Made by a program: the position numbers and the translations under genes. This document shows positions 1 to 13,600 of a stretch of 64,000 nt of DNA, piece after piece; the first letter of the stretch is position 1, and the number at the start of each line of letters is the position of its first letter. A model generated the notes under the pieces. That model saw nothing but the letters and a program-made list of their open reading frames with translations. It was not told the origin of the DNA and searched no databases. The stretch comes from Amoebophrya sp. A120 (taxonomy: Eukaryota > Protista > Dinoflagellata): the NCBI GenBank assembly GCA_905178155.1, contig CAJINV010000015.1:1465440-1529439 (forward strand). Direction: 5' to 3'.

Positions 1-449
1 AAGCCTGTGGAGGTGTGTCCACCCCCCACGGTTTTCGACGTGTATGAAGGCCAGAATTGCGATCCTCCTCCCGCTTGGAAATGCCCGATCTGGGTGGCCC
101 AAAAGGGCTGCCAGAAATGGCGAGAGTTGTTTAATTTTTTGAAGTTTGCGCATTTTCCCGGGCCAGCGTGCCGCCGTGCATAACGTTATGCGCGATGGAG
201 TGCTGCTCGCCAAAAAACGCAGTCTTTTGCGCGCCCTTGCTTCCTGGTTAGAGGATGAGAGCGCGGCCCGAAGCGGGCTGCAGTGTTGGACCGCGGCCCT
301 TGGGCCGCGGTCCAAGAGTGGTGCCCGCGAGGGCCGCGCTCTCATCCTCTAACCAGGAAGTCAAGGGATGCGCGGTAGCCTTCGCGCTGATTGGGGCGCT
401 TCGCACGCTTTTGGTTACCAATATCGCCCTCCGGGCGCGACCTTAATAT
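1..449. mobile_element. Family J element, right part (truncated by window start), nested in a family F introner
   Basis: Homologous to 53383-53885; both end TTGGTTACCAATATCGCCCTCCGGGCGCGACCTTAATAT. Confidence 0.7.
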
Positions 450-535
450 ATGCAAGACGGGGAATGTTTCTACTGGAAAGGTTTGCAATGCAAATGCAGC
501 CAAATGCTGGGGTGGGGGAATTTTTCATTTCAATA
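450..535. mobile_element. TIR introner family F, right portion
   Basis: Matches the reverse complement of the left end of 28845-29212; ends GTGGGGGAATTTTTCATTTCAATA. Confidence 0.75.
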
Positions 536-540
536 CATGC

Positions 541-1426
541 AGCTGGATCCGCACGCCGGGCACTCCATCGCGAGTCTGGACGCCGCGGCGCGGTCGCAAC
601 AGAGCTGTCTGCTTCCGCTCGGCTGCCTGCTGATTTTCGTGCTTTTGGTCTCCGTCGTGATGAACAAATCGCCGGTTTTATCCTGGGTAAAAACGTCCAC
701 ACCCCAAAGTTGTCATGCAAATCTGCAAGCCTAGAAGATTTCTCATGCGCAGCCCCATGAGGACCAACTTGTGTTGCTACCTGGGTGGAGTTTGTCATGC
801 TGACATCAGGATAAGGCAGTCGATTTGTGATGCGTTTTCAATAGCTCAGAACCGCACCACACCACGAGTCCAAGCTTGCCATGCGCAACAGCCAAAACTT
901 GTTGATTTGTGTAGCAAAATCGCACACTTGACACTCTTGGGGACGTTTTTACACATGATACGTGTTCCGCACGCGCGTCGAAGCTGCGGTGCAGAACGTG
1001 CTGCACAGTATGGTGATATGCATTGCAAAAGCATCCTACTAGTAGTAATCGCAGTCATGCATTACAAATTGTTTTCTTTGGGTAAACCCGCATTACATTC
1101 TCATGCTGAGGAAATTTGTCATGCGGTTTATACTAGTACGATGGTTTTTCACAGGATAGGTGAACTCCGGCAACAACAGTCCCCACAACAATTACCGCAA
1201 CCAGAACGTCAACAACGCCTTTTTCACTGATGTGATGGTGTCGCCCAAAGGCGCCAGCGGGTCGTCCAGCCGAAGCAGCTTCCCGCACAATCCCGCACTG
1301 AGCATGGCCAAAACTACGACGAGGAGCGACAGGGGAGAACCGGCAGGGGAAGCGAAGCCGCTTACCTCGGCGGTTTCCCCGAACTCCTTGCGGAAGAAGG
1401 ATGATGACCTGGATGTGGTGTTGTGA
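541..1426 (+). CDS. 3' part of a spliced gene; single-TM membrane protein C-terminus (exons ~541-678, 966-1016, 1164-1426)
   Basis: Removing elements 679-960 and 1017-1158 plus 5 nt each gives ...CLLPLGCLLIFVLLVSVVMNKSPV|FRTRVEAAVQNVLHSMV|NSGNNSPH...DDDLDVVL*. Confidence 0.6.
679..960. mobile_element. TIR introner family E
   Basis: TATCCTGGGTAAAAACGTCC...GGACGTTTTTACACATGATA; degenerate TSD GGTTT/CGTGT; frame restored. Confidence 0.8.
1017..1158. mobile_element. TIR introner family C
   Basis: Starts TATGCATTGCAAAAG; perfect TSD GGTGA. Confidence 0.85.
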
Positions 1427-3373
1427 GTAGGAGCTAAAAATAGTGTCCTTGATCATGAAAACGCGTCGGCTTCCTTGTTGTATATCTACCGACGACGAGT
1501 TTTCTGTTACCACATCAAACGATTTTTGTTCAAAGAAAAGCGATTTGTCTTCAACAAGTTTATCAACTCCAAGTTTATTGATCAACTTTAACTTTAACAT
1601 TGGATTTCAAGAGTTGCATTTTAACGCTACTTCGCAGTACAGAGTTGTTCGGATTATATGCTATGCAGGAGAGCAGGAAGTACTCCGCTTTATTTCAACT
1701 TTGTATCTTCAACCACTTTATTATTAATATTATTACATGATGGATTGCACACTGACACTGTACAAATTTTTATGCTTATTTCACAGTTCGACTTCGATCG
1801 TTCCTCTTTCTTTTCACTCGTGTTGTACGTCTTTACAACCGGCCCGTTTGAGAATCAAAATGTACATAAATTTTCACCTTGAAAAACAGCCCGTTTGGAA
1901 AACAGCCAAAGAGTGGATACCTTCGAAATGAAATGGACCTGTATACAACCACATGGAGAGCGCGAGATATCGATTGAAAGCTGTACTAGAGGAATCAAGG
2001 TAAAGGTACAACAAGACCGCGAAGCACGCGACGATTGTTTGTTTGTTCGGGCGCGCGCGCGACGTGATCTTCCCGTTGGTGTGTTTCGATGCAGAATCAG
2101 GATCGGGTCTGGCACTGAAGATTGGAATTCCACGAGGAATAAAGTGGCTAGTAGTGGTCTGGACTCCGGTGTTGAACTATAAGGTTGACTATACATCACG
2201 TTCACGAACAACTATTCCAATGCTGGTGTCACAACTCTTCTTAGCCAGCAGGAGATCTAGTTCCAGATCCAGGATCCTAGCAGCGTGCCTCCAGGAAACT
2301 GATCTAATGTTGGTTTTGAGATCGTAGGCATTTCTAGAAACCACCACGTGAGGGCGTACCCACAGACGGTGGAACGGGTTCAGCGGGAAGTACATAAAAC
2401 TAGGTGGAAGTTGTAGACGAGAGCTCCTTTGCGGACCATGTAGTTGTTCCATGCCTGTGCATCATTTCTCCCCAACAGTACTATGGAAGGAGATTGATCC
2501 TCGCTACAACTTAGTGTGGCTTCATGTGAAGATCCTGGACGAGAAGTTTTCCCGAGGAGGAGGCACTTGCTGCACAAGGAAGTTGTGTCAGTGCAAGCAC
2601 TGCTACTCAGTATCGGCCAAGTAGTCCGAGTCTATGTAGCTCCGTATGCTTTCTGCTTTACAGTCTTTCTTAAAATACACGTTCGATTGGTTTGCTCTAG
2701 GGCAGCACCGTGCTTTCAGCCGTTCCACCATGCTGCTGCATTTGGCAAGTCAATATAAAAAATTCAAATTTTTTTCATGAAAAAAAAATATCAGCGCACT
2801 GAAGGTAGCACTTGAGTCAAAATAACTACAACAGTGACTGAAATTGTATACCCATCATCGACGTGCGACATTGTTTATTCTTTCTCACGTTTTGTAACAG
2901 CACTGGCACATGTTTGTTGAGTTGTAAAAATTGTTTGATACAGTTATAATCTTGTTGGTTTCTCGTCCGGCGGCAAAGCTCTTCGGCGACGAAAACTTAC
3001 TTCCTACCGCAACATCAGTACAAGGCTACGGAGGACCACGTGGCGCAGACAAAAATTTTTTCTACACGGGATTTTATTTGCGGAAGAAGGGCGACGTCAC
3101 CTCTTAACATCACACGACACCTACACAACTACACTGTAACAAGCGACACAGCGGCACAACGACGACTGAGCCAGGATGTAAACCAGCGACAAAATTCTAA
3201 AGATGCGTATGGTAGCTTGAAATCAGTTTTCCTCAACCCTAGCCTACATGTTGTACTGAAATATAAAAGTTTCTCATGCAATTGCAAGCAGTGTGCGTCA
3301 TTGCATTATTCGTTAAGATGAATACAGCGCGGATGAGCAGGAACTGCTCATGCAAAGGAACTTCTGAGTTTTA

Positions 3374-6300
3374 TTGGAAAGCGTGAAGGACTATCTAGAG
3401 AGAGGAATTTTGAGGAATTTTTGCAACAGGACACTTACAGGCGGAGCGTCAAGTAGTAGCTCTTCTTGGCAACAAGCCGGCCCTGGTGGTGCGGCTTCAA
3501 GTGCTTCGGGTACGCGACAGCGGCGACAGGAGGAACAGCCTGTTCTCAACTACAAAGTATCCATCTGTGCAAAACGTTATTTGTTTTGTTCGCAAAATCT
3601 TTTAGACTTTTTTGTATATGATCCATTTTGTCGCGGTCTTTCTCCGTGTAGTACGTGTTGCATGAATTATCTCCAATTTGCACAATTGTAGACATTCGAC
3701 ATCTCGTTTTGCACTGCATATCTGGGGCATGCGAGGGAGTCTTCTCGCGTTTGGGGCCCTGCCCACGCCAACGGGACGTCTCCGCTGAGCTGGAGTCAAG
3801 TCGGTTATCAATGTGAAAATAAGTCCTCTGGCCCCGGATGAAGTAGTTCTGATTCTTTCGTTCTCATCAAAAAATGCGAAACCTTTCATCTATGCATGAA
3901 AGCACTACGTGTTTACTTTCCGAGACAGACGAGTCGCTGCGTGCACGACTTTTGTTCTCACAGCAAGCCCTTCTGTTGCTGGGCCTCTTCGCAACACAAT
4001 GGTGCGCTTTAGTTCATCTGCATTGGAAATGCTAACTTGTGCAGCTGCAGTATGCAAGATGTGGAACAATGTATCTGATCATGGCCGCAAGATTTGCGAA
4101 AATGGAAATGCAAAAACTCTTCCGATCATTAGTTCTGGTCGTGTAGGGGCAGTTTTTTTCACGGTGATATTGGGAACGAGTTTAACTCTTTGCTGAAGGA
4201 GCATGAACAGAAGCACAAGTGGCCTTCTTCTGCTGGCAGAGAGGACGCCGACAAGAGAAATCAGGAGGAAGCTGCACCGTGGGCCGACGAATTCTACAAT
4301 AACGACCCGCAAAATCTTCAATACAACCAGATGAACGACGAGGGGCCCAACAACAGTCTCTTTCTTCAACAACCCGAGGGGAGCTGCTCGTCGTCGTCCT
4401 GGCAACAGTACCGCGATCGCACCGGGATAGTGCCCGAGTTGTCTATTGCGCACGGTAGTTCGACATCGCAGCGGGGGTTGCGGAGATCGTACAAGGAAGA
4501 CCGTAAGAACTACTATCGTGGACGAGGTGATCGACATCTACTTCCGCAGCACCAGCAGACAAACCGGAGCCAACATGGTCAACACCACCAGCACCAGCAG
4601 CAGCACCGTAGCAGCAGCAGCAGCAGTGCAATGCGTCAGCAGAAGATGAACGCTAATGCTGAAGACCATCGTAGTACAAAAGAGGTTTACAACTCCCGTA
4701 GCGCCTCGTCGCCGTCCGCGCGAAACATAAGCGCAGTAGAGAATCGACAGCAGTCCGCGCAAGAACAGCAGGCGGGGCAAGTAGATGTAGTTAACGATCT
4801 CTGGGAGCGTTTCATGCGGAGGCACCACGAAGAGTTTCTGAAAAATCAACCTCCTCCTCAACAAGGGACCCCGAAGCAGGGGCTGCTGCTGCCCAGCGAA
4901 GGGGGTCTTGCAACTATCCCGTGCAAAAGATTGACGTAGCATCATGATCGCGCTCCCTCGTCATCTGATAGGCAGTAGATATTACACCATATTAATCTAG
5001 TTAATCCACTTCCATCCTGACCTTTGTTTTAAGTCACCTGTTCAAAAGATTGTCTTCTTCGAACCAGTAGGCCATGAGGATTTTTTCATAAGTTTCTTCA
5101 TGCTTCTTGTTGTCGCGCTGCGTCGAAGTAGAGCAGGACGAGTTTAGCTACTTACCTTTGTTGCACTGCATACAGGAACGGCCGATTTCCGATGGAGAGA
5201 CGCAGATACTCGACGTGCAGAAGCAGTTCCCTGTTTGCCCAGAGTTTTTTACGCAGTGGGAAAAGGATAGACAGGGTATCCATCGCAAAAAATTCTGTCT
5301 AGGCCACGCCCGGGAAGTAGATTCAAAGACTTGATGTCGTGCTGGATTGTTTTCAGGGTATAAGTACTTCTGAATATAGTATTCAGGATGTGAATGCTCT
5401 TAAGAAGTACATCGCAGTACAGATGTTCTAGCATGACAACTTTCCGATTCCGCAGGATCTAGGCATTATATTTGCGTTCCATAACCGGAGAGGCTTTTTT
5501 CTCCGATGAGGTGTGCCAGAGGGAGTGGCGGACTTACTACCTCTATTGAAAGGAAAATTCCCCCCTCCCCATATCGAAAGCGAAATTTGTGTTGCTGTAT
5601 TTGAGTACACAAATCGCATTTGTCTTGCTGGAGAGGACTGCAGATCCATATCAAGCCTGAGTAGAGAGGCTTTGACTTAGGCGCTTAGCATGAAAAGCCT
5701 CCGTGATGTTGGCTCAACAGCATGACAAACCGCCTCCATAATGGGACGGAAGCTGCTGCCCTTGTCTTCTTGCAACACAAACGTGATTTGTGACCTCAAA
5801 TCAGCAACACAAATTTTCGAAAACCTACCGCTTCAATATGGGGAGGGGGGATTTTTCCTTGCGATAACCTCGACTGGTTGGTGAAACACAACCAGACAAC
5901 AAGCGGAATAAAGGAAAGTGAGGAACTGCAGCGCCGCCTTCTAGAAGCAGTGAACAGGCACAACAGAGAGGTGCGGAATAATCACGAAGCCATGGCAGCT
6001 CCACCGTCTCGTGTACCAGAACCGCTGCGAACTACAGCGCGTTCCCGTCACGCGGCTTCCTCACGTGAGAGAGGACGAAGGCGGCGAAGATCTAATTCGA
6101 GAAACAAGGATCACCAGCGTCGTCAAGGTCAACAGCAGCAACTCCCAGTGGAACACCGTGCGGCGACTCGGGAGGAGCTTTTTTCGGGTCGGCATGTCAA
6201 GAGAAATAATAGAAATCGTCGCTCTAGGTCGTTCTCGAGGAGCAGGAGGAAATCGGTTTCGCCCAAAAATCCACTTGTTCCAGTACTAGAACAGCAACGA

Positions 6301-6965
6301 CAGGAGCACCGCAACCGCCGAAGGGAGCACGAGCGTGTTACTACAACTTCCAGAAATCTCCTTTCATCAACAACTTCTGATGTCCGGTCCTCTGCACCGA
6401 ATCGCGGCCCGCTTCGTCGTCAAGACAGCCACAACACGACTGCACAGCCTGGAGCTAGACACGACAACCAACAGCCATTACAACTACCCTTGAATGGAGG
6501 ACCAGGCGAAGGCCAAAATGGAGGTGGTGGGAGAATGGTGCGGACCCGCAGGACCATTGTCCGAGTAGTACCTCCGAGGACAAGTATATGGAAGGTATGC
6601 ATTGCAAATAGGTCTGGGTCTGGAAGGGTGCAGCTGCGTCTTTGTGATGGTGCGCGTTTTAGATAAGACAGAACCTGCCAAGCGTGGACAGCTTGAGTAG
6701 ATGAGGTGTTGTTATGTATTAGAATCAGGGAAGATTTCTCGTGTGGAATATGCATCGAGAGACGGCATCGAGGATGCCGGTGGTGCTAGTGCTTGCATGC
6801 CACAGCTTCACCAGGGTCATGCAAAAACCGCATGGCAAACATGCGCACTCATTCAGACCCAGAAATATTTGCAATTTATAAGGGCAGCCGTTGCCCGACT
6901 CGTTCACCTTCACCCGGAGCCTGTATTTGCGAATATCCCACAGAAAAGCAGAAGTACACATACTA
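3374..6965 (+). CDS. Spliced gene, low-complexity Q/R/S-rich hypothetical protein; exon structure only partly resolved
   Basis: ORFs 3374-3691, 4190-4939, 5878-6666; removing 5544-5866 joins ...CQREWRTYYL|DWLVKHNQ... Confidence 0.4.
5544..5866. mobile_element. TIR introner family G
   Basis: TATTGAAAGGAAAATTCCCCCCTCCCCATAT...ATATGGGGAGGGGGGATTTTTCCTTGCGATA; TSD ACCTC. Confidence 0.92.
6596..6878. mobile_element. TIR introner family A, degenerate; also removable as GT-AG intron 6595-6882
   Basis: GTCTGGGTCTGGAA...TTCAGACCCAGA; TSD GAAGG/TAAGG. Confidence 0.75.
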
Positions 6966-7652
6966 GAGAAGAATGAAAGGAGTTTGCGCTTCTAAATTGG
7001 TCCGATTGAAAAGAAGTCTTTAACGGTGCGGAGACCACAAACGACGCGAAGAAATTTTTCTTCTGTCATGCAGAACGCAGCTTTAGATTCAGGTTGCAAT
7101 GCATTGTGACAATCAATAGAGAGAGAGACACAGTACCCAAAATAATTGTCGTGCTCATGCTAAGCAGCAAAAAAGAAAATGAAAAACAAAGCACCTCTCT
7201 GACGCTAAGACGCGCCACACACGTGCATTTCTTTTGTGGTATTAGCCCACTTTCTCTTTTCTGTAGGATAAAGGATTGACCGCACATATGGGGCATTTCT
7301 TGAAGGGCCGCGCGGATCGGGTGCAGCGAAGTCGATCTGGCTATCCAAGGAAAAGGCGCGCTGGTTTAAGAACTCTCTTGAAGAAGCAGGGCGACAGGCC
7401 CGTCCTTTTTTTTTTTGTATGTTGGCCACAATTGGGAACAAGGCTGGCTTAAGTATGCAAAAAGGCCGTTTTTGAAGTTGAAAACTACGCGCTGAGCAGC
7501 TTGAGTTTGAAGCCAGGCAGGAAGCTGCTTCCCTAGTATTCGTGTTCGAAGTACTATTGATGCGTGCTGCCTGTCGTGTGACAAAAGTGAGCTCGGTCGT
7601 AGCTTGTGCAGATTTAGCATGACCCTAGCGCGGTTCTTTTTCATCGTGATAG

Positions 7653-10600
7653 CTGAAGAGTAGCGATGACGCAGAGGATCAGGAATTTGCCGACGCGCTG
7701 CGGTATTGGGCACACCAGCGCGCTGCCGCCGGCGAGGGAGCTCCTGGATTCGACCCCCGGGCGGCCTTTTTCGGCTTTCTCGACTTCGTCCGCCAGCAGG
7801 TTGGTGGGGCGTCTTCTGCGCCATCCGAGTCCGCCGGGTCTGCCGCCCCGCCCAGGAACGAGAGCCGCGGGAGCCAACAGAAGCCGGCACAGCCGCGACC
7901 CCGCGCTGAGGCGCCACATGAAATAAACAGCCACAGAGGGGAGCAGGGACCGGCTCCCCGAAGTCCTCCCGGCACTGGGGCAGTTCCAGGAAGCCTCCAA
8001 GTTCTTGTTCAGGACCAGGAGACGCCATCTACGAGTGCAACACCAGCGGGAAACTGTAGCAAAGTGCTTTACTCGGGCTCGCAGGTCGCAGTGTTCGAAG
8101 TGGATCACGACGTTGGAGGACACGCGGAGCAATCGGAAAAGCAAGTTCTTGCAGAAGATGACAAGGGACAGCAGCAAGACCTCCCTGATCTTGCTGCGCC
8201 AGAAGTTCTTGTCCAAAAAGCGGATGCAAACAAGGAACATGTGGCAGACGAACCAGTAGCACGACATGCGGCGTCGAGGCCGCAAGGCGACAGTGTTTCC
8301 ATCGGGGGAGAAGAAAATCGCAGTGGAGAAGACGAGCTGCAGAAGTCCTCTCAGGAAAACATCATAAGTGCGTCGACACTACCCACCATGCACGCGGGTC
8401 GTGAGGTGGACGATGAAAACGTCTTGCTCGTCGCACCGGGCACACAACTACAGGAGGTTGACGCGAGAGACGACCACGTCGCGCCACCCGCTGAGGAAGC
8501 GGCGCACTTGACGGCTGCTAAGAATCGCGCAGAAGTTGATGTTCCGGACAAGACCACCCTGCTGAACACCGTGGACAGAACTCTCGCGGGGGCGGAAGGT
8601 GAAGAGGAGCAAAACGACAAGCCTTGTTCCGTTGCAGCACGTGCGGCAGATAGTAGCCGCGTCACCCCTGCGATGATCCAAGATTACGAGGACAATTTGC
8701 CGGACGATCCCGTACCGGCTGCGACCCTGGACGCTCTCAAGAGGAAGTACGCGGGTAAGGCCTTAGGAAGAAATTTGCTGTCCCTTTATCTCCCTCAGTT
8801 GGTGTTTGATGGTGAAGAAGAAGACTGGGACTATAGTTAGTCAGGATTAATAAAAAGCGCGCCTTGTTGTTGTTGTTTTCTTCGTCGTCTGTGACAATAT
8901 GCGAAAAACAAGAGATCGTATATAGGGAAGTAGTGCGCCAGCATATTACAGAAGACTTAAACCAAAAAGAAAAACCTTTCACAGACTTGGGGGCAGGAAG
9001 TGCGTGCCTGACGGAGTCGCCCGACGACTTTGACCTGAGCAGCTTTCTGTCCTCTCCAGCGGAGCTCCCCCTGCGCAACCAGGAACCAGAAATAAATCAG
9101 ACCAACACGACGAACGAGCTTGCGGCGGCAGATGGTGTTCAATTTGACGGCCATTCCCAACGCGCGTCGGAAGGGGCCCAGGAGGAGCTGCTCGCTTCCC
9201 CCTCTGTTCATCAGCGCGAAGCCACGACCCCCGGAGATGTTGATGCCACCAGTGGTGCGGCGCGACAACAGCGGGCGGGCGAAAGTGCAGACCAGCAGAG
9301 CATCCTCGTGTATCCTATGTAAAAACACCCCCACCAGCTACAGGAAAATTTGTAATGTGCATCCCCATGAGAGGCATTTCCAGTCGCGTTTTGCACTTTC
9401 TAATGCTGTCGACAGGATGAGTAGATGGATTTGTGTTGCGGCTGTGCTTGCTAAACTGCACAACAATACAGAGCCGAACTTGTCCCGCTGGACCCCCAAA
9501 ACTTCTCGATTTGTGTTGCGAGATCCACATCCTGACTCCGGTGTGGGGACGTTTTTACATAGGATATCATGGATGAAGTTGATGTTCCGGCGGAGACCAC
9601 CCTCCTGAACACCGTAGACAGCAGCGTCGCCCGCTCACCGCAGATTCTTAGCCCTGCCGAAGCTGCCGAAGATGATGAAAATCGGGCGGCTACCGCTACT
9701 TGCTTCCACATTAGCCCATCGGAAGATGTGGAGATGGAGGACAAAAAATCTTTGAAAGAAGATGTCCCTGCAGAAGTCGGTCAACAACAACAGCAGCAGG
9801 TCCCAGATCAGGAGCAAGCACTGAGTGCTGGTCCTTCGGAGGAAGCTGAGGTAAGAAAATTGCTCTTTGCTCCTTTTCTCGAATTTCCCCTTTTCATCTT
9901 TGTTTCCCGGAGCGGAATGAAATTTGGACACGAAGGAATTGTCATGATCATTGCAGCGAGATCAAATTCAACAACACCCAATCAAAAAATGTTAACTACA
10001 GGTGGAAAATCAAAATTGTGCGGAAGAAATCGATATCGGCACTGAAAAGGAGCAGGAAGAGGTGCACCAAGAAGCGCTACACCAAGTAGAAGACCAAAGA
10101 CCTACTACGTCGCAGCAGCACGACCACGCACCTGACGCGGGTGCAGAAGCCGAGCCAGGTGATGATCTCCCGCAGGAGCGGACGGGGCACATGACACCGG
10201 CAGCGGTAGTGGTGACTGATGCAGCAGAAATAAATGAAGGAGCCTTAGCCTTTACTACGGTGGTGGAAAGCGAAAAGGCGTCTTTTTCTCCGGAACTGGT
10301 GCCCGTGCCCGAAGCTGAAAAACAGCCCGTGCAGGAAGTTATGGAACCCCAGGAGAATTATCGAGCGGTGAACGAGGTCCGTGTGTTGTAGAACTTTTTT
10401 TTTTCAGGCCTAGCACTCGTACTCGTGTCTCATAGAACACTAAACAGCATGTGGTTTCTGTATACAAGATCGTGATCGAGGTCATCAAGCATGCTACTAT
10501 GACCATGCACTTCCAGAACAAATCACTCCCACAGGTCTGTACAGCTAAACCGCTGGTGGCGCAAGACGAGCAGACCGGAATACCGTCTTCACCATCCGCG

Positions 10601-13600
10601 CCAGAGCTGCAAAATGCAGAAGACGTGAAGCTGCGCGCTTTATCGGAAATAAAGCACGAAGATGAAGAACAGGCACGGGAGGCATCCGAGGAACAGTTAG
10701 CGCAGGGGATGTTGCCGGGAGCGCACTTAGAGGCGGCGCAATTAGAGGCGGCACGAGGAAGCACATTCGTGCAGGAGGGGGGCCTGAAAAAAGAAGCAGT
10801 GTTGACAGAGGTATAAAAGAAGGCGTTGTTTGTAGTGTGGTATGCAGAAATCTTTGTACTTAGTCAACAAATTCAACACATCCAAAAGAACAAACTCAAA
10901 TGGTACAAACTGCAGGTACAGGAGATCTGTGCAATTGAAATTGATGCTCCGAAGAAGCAACACGAGCACCACGCAAGGGATGAAGAGATGTTCTTGGCTA
11001 CAGAAAGCGAGCATCTGAAACGTAGCGAAGCGACCGCACAGGCTAAAGCGGGGGTTGCAGTAGAACAGCAGGACGACAACGTGAATAAAAACGTCCCATT
11101 ACACCAGCAGACAGAAAACAAGCCAGGAATACCTACCACCGCGCCGGCTGATGAAAATAGTGAACCTCGCGCCGAGCAGAAGATGAAGAATCCGGAAACT
11201 TCCACTTTTACGCAAGAAGAACTTCTACGACCACGGGAAGGCTGTCAGGTTGTTGCAGTTGAGCAGGCGAAGGAGTTGAAGCTGCTGCAAATAAAGGAGA
11301 ACGAAGCCAAAGAGGAAAAGCAACAAAGCATCGTCGAACCAGAACGGGACGAGGTGAAGCAATTTGTACCACAGGAGAAATTACAACAACCGGAAGGAAA
11401 ATTAGTCCAGTTAGAAAGTGGAAAAGTAACTGCAACAGAGGAAATAGAATCCGCCAGGATGCTGAATACTACAGAAGAAGTTGTTGTAAATCAACACGCA
11501 GCTACCGGCACAACTTCCACGCAACAAGTGGACAATAGTCATAATGTACAAGGATCACCCGCCAGATCATCGTCTGCTCTCTGTCCGCGACCTGCGGATC
11601 TTCAGGCGGAGGTGAAAAAAGATAAGGATGCGCCGGTGTTGCAGATGCACATGCGGAGTGGTGCTGGGAATTTGTTCGAACAAGGAGTAGAACGAGTACC
11701 AGCAACAAGCAGCTCTGCGTCGTCTACAGGATGGGCTAGTTGTAGCAATCAAAATGCGCCGCAGACTTTCGCTCCCGTCCCCGTGCAGTCGCTTTGGTGG
11801 CTCACATGGGTCCACGAGGAAAGGAACAGACGTGAACGGGAAAGAAATGCGTGGGAATGGGTAGCACGTTACATCGCGTTCCGAGGATGGAAGGTAAGTG
11901 CAACAACCACCGGCAACGAAAACGTCGAACAAGTAGTCGCTGCGGCAAATAATACTGCGGTAGTGGAAAACGAAAACAAGAGAACCGACGAAGTTGTAGA
12001 GGTTGAAGCTTCTGCTCGCCTAGATCCGAGCTCCGCAAAAATCGCAGAGAACAAACCACAGCAGGTCGAACAAGAACGAAGAGCGCTGCGTGAAGAGGTT
12101 CTTGCCCAGAACAAGCAGGAAAACAACGGTCCTGCGGAACAAGTTGACTCGGCAGCATCTGCGAACAAAAAACACGCGGCCGCGCAGTTCCAACAGAGCA
12201 GTCCTGTAACGGTATTAACTCCTCCGCATTTGTCCGTGGCAGAAGTAGGAGTCGCGAAGGCTACAACACAACAGACCAACGTTGAGGAAAGCGGCGGCCC
12301 ATCCGACGTCGAGGATGATGATGCAGCGCAGAAGAAAAAGGCAGCTGCTCAGGAGGCCGCTCACGAGAATTCCCAACAGATCGTTGGCTCAGCAAAAAAA
12401 GCGACCGAGCAATCTTCAGCACCGGTCGAACAGCCTTCGCTGGCAAACGCGACGGATGTTGAGGATGACCACGTAGACGAGGAACAGAACACGAGGGAGG
12501 CACCAGAACATGATGACGCGAGCCGTCCTTTTGCTTCCGAGGATAATTCAAGCGAGAATCAGAGTCTCACCTCTTCCGAGCGAAGTGAGCACGACGAGGA
12601 CAAGAAAGATGATGATGAAGAAGTAGATAATGATAATCTGGACCGCGGCGCATATAAGGATAAGACCAGCATTCTGAAGAAACCGGAAAATGATCAGCGT
12701 GCTGCAGAGGGGCATGATCAAGGTGAACAGCAGAACGATCGGAGAAGCGGGTCGCCTTTCCCAAGGAGGGACAGGGCCAACAACGACGACGCCGAGTCCG
12801 CTTCCGATGTTGAGGCTCCTCCGAAAAATCGGGGCGGCGAGACTAGCGAGGACGGCCACAACTCGCACTCGGACCGCGATGAGAATATGAACAAGAGGAG
12901 ACATTCGGCAGCCCACTTTTCTCCGTTTGATGCGAAAAAGAACACCGGAGAGAAAGAAATCTTGGCGACCGGCGGTTGCGAAAAAGCCGTGGCGGACGAG
13001 AAAAGTCCAGGTTTTTTTGTTTCTTATGTTTTTCTGGTCGGTTCAATCATAAGCGAGGGCGTTGCCCGTTTTCAACATTTTAGGAGAGTTTTTGTTTCAC
13101 GCACTGTGCAGCTATAAGCCACCCCGATCAACATGTGGTCGTCCAGGAATTGTGGAAGTTTCTTTCGGCCAAATTATTCGTTCCAAATCCGCCACTAAAA
13201 TCCAAAATAAACCTGCACAGCAGAGATAGAGCACGGCTCTTCTCCGTTGGAGAAAGAAGCCGCGCCGGAAGCTGCAGCAGACGAAACACCAGCAGAAAGA
13301 GAAGCTCCAGCGGAAGTAGATCTTCAGGAAGAGCCCGCACCCTCAGGGACGATTTCTTCACAGCCACCACCTGCGTCGACTTCAGCGGCTCCTCGCGACG
13401 CAGAGAAAAGATCGCGAAGCGATTCTTGCTTGTCTTCCTCTCGCTCCTCGCCAGGATCTGCCAGAAGCTCTTCTCGTAGTTCTCGCTCTTCCGATATGAA
13501 TGTGCACAACTCCCCCTCCCCCTCATTTGTCATGCAAAATGCCCAATCCAGGCCGTGCCTCCTAGCACTGTTCGCATGACAAGATCTGGCAGCCCAAATA

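Noticed and set aside
439-449. CC-TTAA end suggesting a piggyBac/Kolobok TTAA target
   Set aside because: Both copies share TTAATAT beyond TTAA and it aligns with the related terminus GACCTCACTAC, so it is probably element sequence; no matching left TTAA end was found.
7366-8285. Minus-strand ORFs of 220 and 214 aa (also 31426-32301, 38885-39502)
   Set aside because: Antisense shadows of GC-rich + strand exons that splice into longer coherent frames.
8532-9620. Repeat EVDVPxxTTLLNTVD at ~8532-8580 and ~9574-9620
   Set aside because: A real but ordinary internal duplication within a low-complexity protein.
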